A stretch of DNA of 32,000 nt. It comes from Planctomicrobium piriforme (GTDB taxonomy: Bacteria; Planctomycetota; Planctomycetia; Planctomycetales; Planctomycetaceae). Position 1 is the first letter of the stretch. Every line of letters begins with the position of its first letter. Positions 25,661 through 32,000 of this stretch are shown piece by piece. Location of the stretch: assembly GCF_900113665.1 (NCBI RefSeq), contig NZ_FOQD01000003.1, forward strand, positions 258,659-290,658. The letters run 5' to 3'. Under the pieces are notes generated by a model. That model was not told where the DNA came from. It saw nothing but the letters and a program-made list of their open reading frames with translations, and ran no database searches. Both the position numbers and the translations under genes were made by a program.

Positions 25661-25771
25661 TCAATAAGTCGAATAGTGTATTTTCAGGCTTTCCCAACGT
25701 CAAGCAGGCAGTTCGAAAGTCGTGTCAGTGCATGGCTGAGCACTCTGTGCAAATGGTTGATTGCTCCCTCG

Positions 25772-25815
25772 CCCCTGTACTCAGCGGAGAGGGCCGGGGT
25801 GAGGGGCTTTCTCCT
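25772..25815. repeat. 44-nt REP-like element, inverted relative to the copy at 17689
   Basis: gctccctcgcccctgtactcagcggagagggccggggtgagggg. Its reverse complement aligns with 17689-17732 at 39/44 positions. Confidence 0.85.
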
Positions 25816-25857
25816 CTGAATTGAAGTGAGCGGATCTGGGTGGAGTTCAAAATAAGG

Positions 25858-25913
25858 GTCCCGGACGCTGGTCGCCCACCGACATGGCTCCCCGCCCCAG
25901 CAGCGTCCGGGAC
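25858..25913. promoter_or_regulatory. 13-bp perfect inverted repeat upstream of gatB
   Basis: gtcccggacgctg (25858-25870) and cagcgtccgggac (25901-25913) are separated by 30 nt, and gggacac is duplicated immediately after. It lies about 100 nt upstream of the gatB ATG. Function unknown. Confidence 0.3.
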
Positions 25914-26010
25914 ACTCACGGGACACTTCGCACGCATCGCTGGATGATCCGCGAGTCAGGCGTCACACTACGGGCCGCTTGTCTGTTCGTCGTCCGTATG
26001 AGCCATCGAA

Positions 26011-27528
<1,518 letters not shown>

Positions 27529-27575
27529 ACTGCTGACGGACCCTATTTGCCACATGTGAGATTGAAAGCCGCTTC

Positions 27576-28316
27576 ATGAAGCGAAAATTCATTTCTCACA
27601 GAGTGATGTTTGCCCTTGTGTTCGGCCTGCTCGCAATTGTTTTGGCTGTTCGAGCATGCCGAACTCAGTCAATCCTGGCAACGGTCATTCTTGCGTGGGT
27701 ATCGGCGAATGCCTTCGTACTCAGCCTCGCCTATCTCGGCAATTGGAAGAAGGTGTTTGGGAAGGCAGAGAAAGGGAATCTGTTTTGGCTGGCAGCCCTA
27801 TTCATGTCACCAATGCTTGCGGTCATTCATTCGACTTGGAAGCTGCAAAATCTCTTCTTGTCGGGGCCCGCAAGCAATCAAGTAACCATCAACCTGTTTT
27901 TGGGAAGACGGTGTGAATTCAAGGAACTGCCGTCTGGAATCGGCGCCTTCGTCGACCTCACTGCGGAGTTTGCCACTCCAGCCTCGATTCGAAAAAAGCT
28001 GCCGGTTTACTGCATTCCAACATTGGATGGCTGTGCTCCCGCTTGGAATGCATGTGAGAAGGTGTTCAATCAATTGCACAACCGCGATCTGCGAATTTAT
28101 GTCTGTTGTGCGAACGGGTACGGCAGGAGTGTTACCTTCCTCGCGGCCTGGCTGTGCGAAAGGGGAGTCTGTCGTTCGCCCCAGGAAGCAATAGAACTCA
28201 TCCAAAGCGTTCGTCCACAGGCTTCACCCAATCGGGATCAAATCAATTCCCTAATCCTATGGTTTCAGACCGCGTGCAGTTCACCGCAAAGACGATATCG
28301 ATCTGAAAGCCATTGA
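27576..28316 (+). CDS. Membrane-anchored dual-specificity / tyrosine phosphatase-like protein
   Basis: Three N-terminal hydrophobic helices, then a CX5R active-site loop VCCANGYGRS preceded by IPTLDG. Confidence 0.7.
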   Translation: MKRKFISHRVMFALVFGLLAIVLAVRACRTQSILATVILAWVSANAFVLSLAYLGNWKKVFGKAEKGNLFWLAALFMSPMLAVIHSTWKLQNLFLSGPASNQVTINLFLGRRCEFKELPSGIGAFVDLTAEFATPASIRKKLPVYCIPTLDGCAPAWNACEKVFNQLHNRDLRIYVCCANGYGRSVTFLAAWLCERGVCRSPQEAIELIQSVRPQASPNRDQINSLILWFQTACSSPQRRYRSESH

Positions 28317-28480
28317 GTTGACAGAACACGCTACCTGCATGCCCGGACGGTGGGCCTTCTCCCGTCGTCACGCCTACTCTTCAGGATGTCCCTTGAATTT
28401 TGACGCTGCCCCTTCCCTGACCGCACCATATAGTCTGGAGAATTAGTACAGCGATAACGGTCTCCTTCCCCAATGAACAC

Positions 28481-28843
28481 TCAAGAACGAGACTGAGCTT
28501 TGTCCACCAGCTTCAATTCCACCTGCTTTCCCAAGGCGCCCGCCACACGAAAAATCGTGTCGATCGTCGGATTCTCGCGCTGTCCGTTCTCCAGTTTGGC
28601 GATGTTCGAAACATCCATGCCGGCGGCGTCGGCCACCTGTTGTAAAGTCAGCTTCTGATATTCACGGGCTGACTTGATCTCTGCAGCGAAGGCCAGCGCC
28701 GCCTGCTTTGCCCGAAATTGAGCAATGACTTCCGGGGCTTCCGCCTGGGCCGCATCCCGCTTTCGTTTCGCGATTGTTGCCTCTTCATCCGTCAGCGGTT
28801 TGGCACGAACGACTCGGGTCAATTTCTGAAATTGACGAGACAT
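28481..28843 (-). CDS. XRE-family HTH antitoxin candidate
   Basis: C-terminal HTH LTLQQVADAAGMDVSNIAKLENGQRENPTIDTIFRVAGALG. The ATG at 28843 lies 1 nt after the upstream toxin stop. Confidence 0.7.
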   Translation of the reverse strand: MSRQFQKLTRVVRAKPLTDEEATIAKRKRDAAQAEAPEVIAQFRAKQAALAFAAEIKSAREYQKLTLQQVADAAGMDVSNIAKLENGQRENPTIDTIFRVAGALGKQVELKLVDKAQSRS

Positions 28844-28844
28844 C

Positions 28845-29105
28845 TCATTCTCCCACATAGTAAGCGGTGATCCGAAAAATCTGGTCTTCCGAAATGACTT
28901 CATAAACCGCTGCGATCAAACGTCCGTTCAAATTGGGACCGATGGCAATTTCCTGACCCGGGTATTGTTCTTTCGATGTGAAATCCACAGCGTTTACGAG
29001 TGCGTGTTCGTAGTCGTTGACCGTAATTCCGTGCTGCTGGATGTGCTGCACGTTTCCACGTGGATCGCTCTCAAGATCCCAGAGAATTGAGTATCGAGTT
29101 GGCAT
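28845..29105 (-). CDS. Small toxin candidate, BrnT/DUF497-like
   Basis: The 86-aa product has ILWDLESDPRGNVQHIQQHGITVNDYEHAL and GRLIAAVYEVISEDQIFRITAYY, echoing the BrnT WD..N..KHG and iRiISAR patterns. A GGAAGG SD-like element lies 5 nt before the ATG at 29105. Confidence 0.55.
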   Translation of the reverse strand: MPTRYSILWDLESDPRGNVQHIQQHGITVNDYEHALVNAVDFTSKEQYPGQEIAIGPNLNGRLIAAVYEVISEDQIFRITAYYVGE

Positions 29106-29130
29106 GCCCGCCTTCCGAGAAACTGGTTTT

Positions 29131-29159
29131 ATATTACCAACACAGAAAGAGGGGATCAA
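29131..29159 (-). promoter_or_regulatory. Sigma-70-like promoter for the toxin-antitoxin pair
   Basis: Minus strand: TTGATC, a 17-nt spacer, then TAATAT, in an unusually AT-rich patch about 25 nt upstream of the toxin ATG. Confidence 0.35.
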
Positions 29160-29322
29160 ATCGATTTCGCTGTGAAATGCATTCCTGGCGCGAGTTTCCC
29201 AACAGGGACGTGAATGCTTCTCGTTAAAAAGAACAGGAGCTTCAAGTTCATCCTTTGGTTTCTTGTGGCAGCCTGATCTCGCTTCCATTGGCACCATGCA
29301 CTCCTCCCCGTAACCTCTCCCC

Positions 29323-30120
29323 ATGTCCTATCAAGAAGCGAATCAGAAGGCGTGGGATCAGTTGGCCCTCGCGAACAGTCAGTTTGCGGCCGTGGCCACT
29401 GACGCGGAATGCGCACAGCCGTTGCTCACGCTCGACAAGCGGGGCTGGCTGCCGGGCTCGGTCAAGGGGCTGGATGTCCTCTGCCTCGCGGCCGGCGGAG
29501 GCTGGCAGTCGATTCTCTATGCGGTTGCCGGCGCTCGCGTGACGGTGGTTGATCTGAGCGAGGAAATGCTCAACCGCGACCGCGAACAGGCTCGGCTTCG
29601 CAATCTCGACATCCGCATTCTGCAGGCGTCGATGAATGATCTGTCTCAACTCGAAGCAGCGTCATTCGACATTGTCCATCAGCCGGTGAGTACCTGTTAC
29701 GTCCCGAAAATCCGCGAAGTCTACGCGCAGATTGCCCGCGTGCTGCGGCAACGGGGCATCTACATTTCGCAGCACAAACAGCCCACGAGCCTGCAGGTTG
29801 TCGAACGCGATACTAGAAACCGCTATGTGATCGGCGTGCCGTATTACCACGGAGACCCGCTCCCCGCCGTGCGGGATACCGCTTATCGCGAGCCGGGTGC
29901 GGTCGAATACCTGCACCGCTGGGAAGAACTGGTCGGCGAACTCTGTCGGGCCGGTTTCGTGATCGAAGATCTGGTCGAACCGCGCCGGGGCGACCCGAAG
30001 GCGAAGCCTGGAAACTTCAAACACCGCGGTATGTTCGTCGCTCCCTACGTCCGCATCAAAGCCCGCCGTCTGAACGTGCGCGAAGAAGAAACCCGTTCGC
30101 CAATTTGGGTCCCGGAGTAG
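29323..30120 (+). CDS. Class I SAM-dependent methyltransferase
   Basis: Motif I VLCLAAGGGWQS, acidic loop VTVVDLSEEM, and FDIVH. The size and layout fit the Methyltransf_11 type. Confidence 0.8.
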   Translation: MSYQEANQKAWDQLALANSQFAAVATDAECAQPLLTLDKRGWLPGSVKGLDVLCLAAGGGWQSILYAVAGARVTVVDLSEEMLNRDREQARLRNLDIRILQASMNDLSQLEAASFDIVHQPVSTCYVPKIREVYAQIARVLRQRGIYISQHKQPTSLQVVERDTRNRYVIGVPYYHGDPLPAVRDTAYREPGAVEYLHRWEELVGELCRAGFVIEDLVEPRRGDPKAKPGNFKHRGMFVAPYVRIKARRLNVREEETRSPIWVPE

Positions 30121-30127
30121 CAGGGAA

Positions 30128-30198
30128 GCGGTCAGCAATCAGCGGTCAGCTTTCAGCAATTCACTGTCTGGCTCTGGACTCTCGACACTGGACCCTCG
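30128..30198. repeat. Heptad array in two sub-blocks between convergent genes
   Basis: GCGGTCA/GCAATCA/GCGGTCA/GCTTTCA (the complement reads TGA at 7-nt spacing), then CTGTCTG/GCTCTGG/ACTCTCG/ACACTGG/ACCCTCG. 30174-30193 (ctggactctcgacactggac) is an exact reverse-complement match to 2170-2189 inside dnaE. Confidence 0.9.
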
Positions 30199-30199
30199 A

Positions 30200-31795
30200 C
30201 TATTTCCAGTGCAGCACCTGTTTTTGTTCCAGCAGCAGCGATTCCAACGCGGCATAATCGAGCTTCTGGACCGCCACTTCTTTTTTCGCAGCCAGATGGG
30301 CCGCCGCGCCGGCGCTGTGGCCGATGACGATCCAGCTCGGTTCGACGCGAATGGAACTCATTGCCACATGTGACGAGGAGAGACAAACCGGCACCAGCAG
30401 GTTGTCGCATTCCTTTTCCAGCGGAGTGATGCTGCGGTACGGCACTTCATACGGCTGTCCGATCTTCCGGCCGGGGATATGACGAGGGAATATCGTCCCT
30501 TCGTTCACGAATCCGCCGTAGGATGTCGGGATGCGCTGGCAGTCATGCGAGTCGATCGGGAACGACGCTACGCCAATCGAGTCCGGCTTGGAGACATTGG
30601 TCAGTACATCATTCTGTGTGAGCACCACACCCCCCTTCATCCGTCGTGCTTCACGGATGTAGAGGACCGGCGGCCAATGACCTGTCTTTACGAACTCATC
30701 TTTACAGAGTCCCCAGCGGCGAATGTCCGTCCGCAGCCGTTCCGGCACCGCAGGATCGGTTCGCAGAAAGTGAATCAGTCCCAGCGTGTACTGCTTGTGC
30801 TTCTGCCAGATTTGCGCGCGAGCTTCCGGCGTCGCGTCCGGCCAGGCATCGCTGCCGCCGACCAGCCCCAGTGAAATCTGCCCGCCGATACTGTTGTTAA
30901 CATCGGTCTTGCCGTTCGGCAACGGATAGAAATCCATCAACTGCCGCGCATTCGGCGTCTGTTTGAGGTAGCGCCGCACGAGCTCGAACTCCGCCGGATC
31001 GTAGGCCTCCGGCTCCGGAAACGGGACTTGTTTCTCAGGCACATCCGTGACGCACAGCCGGAAGCTATAGACCATGACATGGCCGTCGGCTTGGGTCGGG
31101 TCACCGGCGTCCGTCGCCGTCATGAAGGGGAGTAATCCCTGTCGGTCATCAAACGGGGACGCATTGACCGGCAGTTTTGGATACTGGTGACCTGCGAGCG
31201 ATTCTCCATATCTGGCAGCCGGTTCGCGACCAACGACATAACCGACTTTCGCGGCCGGCAACAGATCTCCTTCGTAGCTGGCGTCGACGAACACCTTGGC
31301 CTGAAACGTTTGTCCGGTCGTCTGGATGGAATCGATTTGAACGCCGGTCTTGCTGGCGGACAGCAATTGCTCGCCGAGATGGACCTGGACGCCAGCCTCT
31401 TTCAACAGGTCGTTGAACACCTGTTCGGCGACATGCGGCTCGTTCACCCAGGGAACGTTGTTCTTCTCGGCGATGGAGTAGGGAAGCTTGATTCCCTGGT
31501 CGAGGTAATGCTTCTCGACCCGCAGATGGAACTCTTCAAAGAAGCCGCCCAGCGCTTCACGGGCCATCTGATTCGAATCGCTGAAGCTGAGTCCGCTGCT
31601 CATCATCCCGCCGACGATCTGCAACGGTTCGACGAGAGCCACCTTCGAACCAGCGCGAGCCGCGGCGACCGCAGCGGCTACCCCAGCAGGCGTTGCACCA
31701 TAGACGCAGACATCGACGACAACCGGCTCAGCAGCCGCTAGCGGCGCAAAGGAGTTCATCAACAACAGCGCAGCAATTCCCAGCCAGATCCGCAT
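30200..31795 (-). CDS. Secreted FAD-dependent oxidoreductase (FAD_oxidored-like)
   Basis: Signal peptide MRIWLGIAALLLMNSFAPLAAA, then a dinucleotide-binding fold VCVYGATPAGVAAAVAAARAGSKVALVEP. The start is placed at ATG 31795, not the track start at 31918. Confidence 0.75.
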   Translation of the reverse strand: MRIWLGIAALLLMNSFAPLAAAEPVVVDVCVYGATPAGVAAAVAAARAGSKVALVEPLQIVGGMMSSGLSFSDSNQMAREALGGFFEEFHLRVEKHYLDQGIKLPYSIAEKNNVPWVNEPHVAEQVFNDLLKEAGVQVHLGEQLLSASKTGVQIDSIQTTGQTFQAKVFVDASYEGDLLPAAKVGYVVGREPAARYGESLAGHQYPKLPVNASPFDDRQGLLPFMTATDAGDPTQADGHVMVYSFRLCVTDVPEKQVPFPEPEAYDPAEFELVRRYLKQTPNARQLMDFYPLPNGKTDVNNSIGGQISLGLVGGSDAWPDATPEARAQIWQKHKQYTLGLIHFLRTDPAVPERLRTDIRRWGLCKDEFVKTGHWPPVLYIREARRMKGGVVLTQNDVLTNVSKPDSIGVASFPIDSHDCQRIPTSYGGFVNEGTIFPRHIPGRKIGQPYEVPYRSITPLEKECDNLLVPVCLSSSHVAMSSIRVEPSWIVIGHSAGAAAHLAAKKEVAVQKLDYAALESLLLEQKQVLHWK

Positions 31796-32000
31796 CGCGA
31801 GGCCCTTTTCACCGCAGTTGAGACGTGCCCGGTGAACGAGATCACCGGCGTCGATCGGATTGTCTAGAAACCCGACCGCGTGGTCGAGGGAACCGGTCTT
31901 CGAAACAGACCTGCGCAACTGACTGAACTCCTGTTGAAGACAATTCCAGCCGCCGAAACTCCAGGGGAGCAGTCAGACTTGAGCGGATTCATACCCGGTA

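Noticed and set aside
29106-29324. Long form of the toxin ORF (159 aa from 29324)
   Set aside because: The extension covers the predicted promoter and the divergent methyltransferase start region, and has no family resemblance. The conserved toxin-like sequence begins at the Met at 29105, which has an SD-like element.

Overview
GC-rich bacterial chromosomal window. It is probably from a Planctomycetota genome, judging by a TIGR03067-type lipocalin-like protein, Uma2 and HDOD genes, and dense intergenic heptad and REP-like repeats. The backbone is ordinary: dnaE (5' end off-window), an opgG-ORF-opgH glucan operon, a paaK-like ligase, an HDOD protein, gltB-gltD with an upstream LysR regulator and an interposed Uma2 gene, gatB, a membrane-anchored CX5R phosphatase, a toxin-antitoxin pair, a SAM methyltransferase and an FAD oxidoreductase. 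The standout is a minus-strand operon at about 8625-13765. It encodes a sigma-region-4-like HTH protein, a ParB-like nuclease-domain protein, an ABC ATPase joined to a GNAT acetyltransferase across a -1 frameshift at an A9 tract, a small terminase, an apparently intact large terminase, and a multi-pass membrane protein. No portal, capsid, tail, integrase, tRNA or att site is visible around it. The ATPase gene carries three kinds of simple-sequence tracts: (TGACAAA)6 spanning its start codon, a C7 run in codons 4-6, and A9 at the domain junction. I read this locus as a candidate domesticated phage-packaging or nuclease system, possibly phase-variable, and not as a plain prophage. A second theme is a family of 7-nt-periodic repeat arrays. 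Most put TGA in all three frames at intergenic sites, and a stop-free version is translated as an in-frame insertion in dnaE. I saw no rRNA, tRNA or CRISPR array. All calls come from reading the ORF translations and the sequence by eye; no searches were run.
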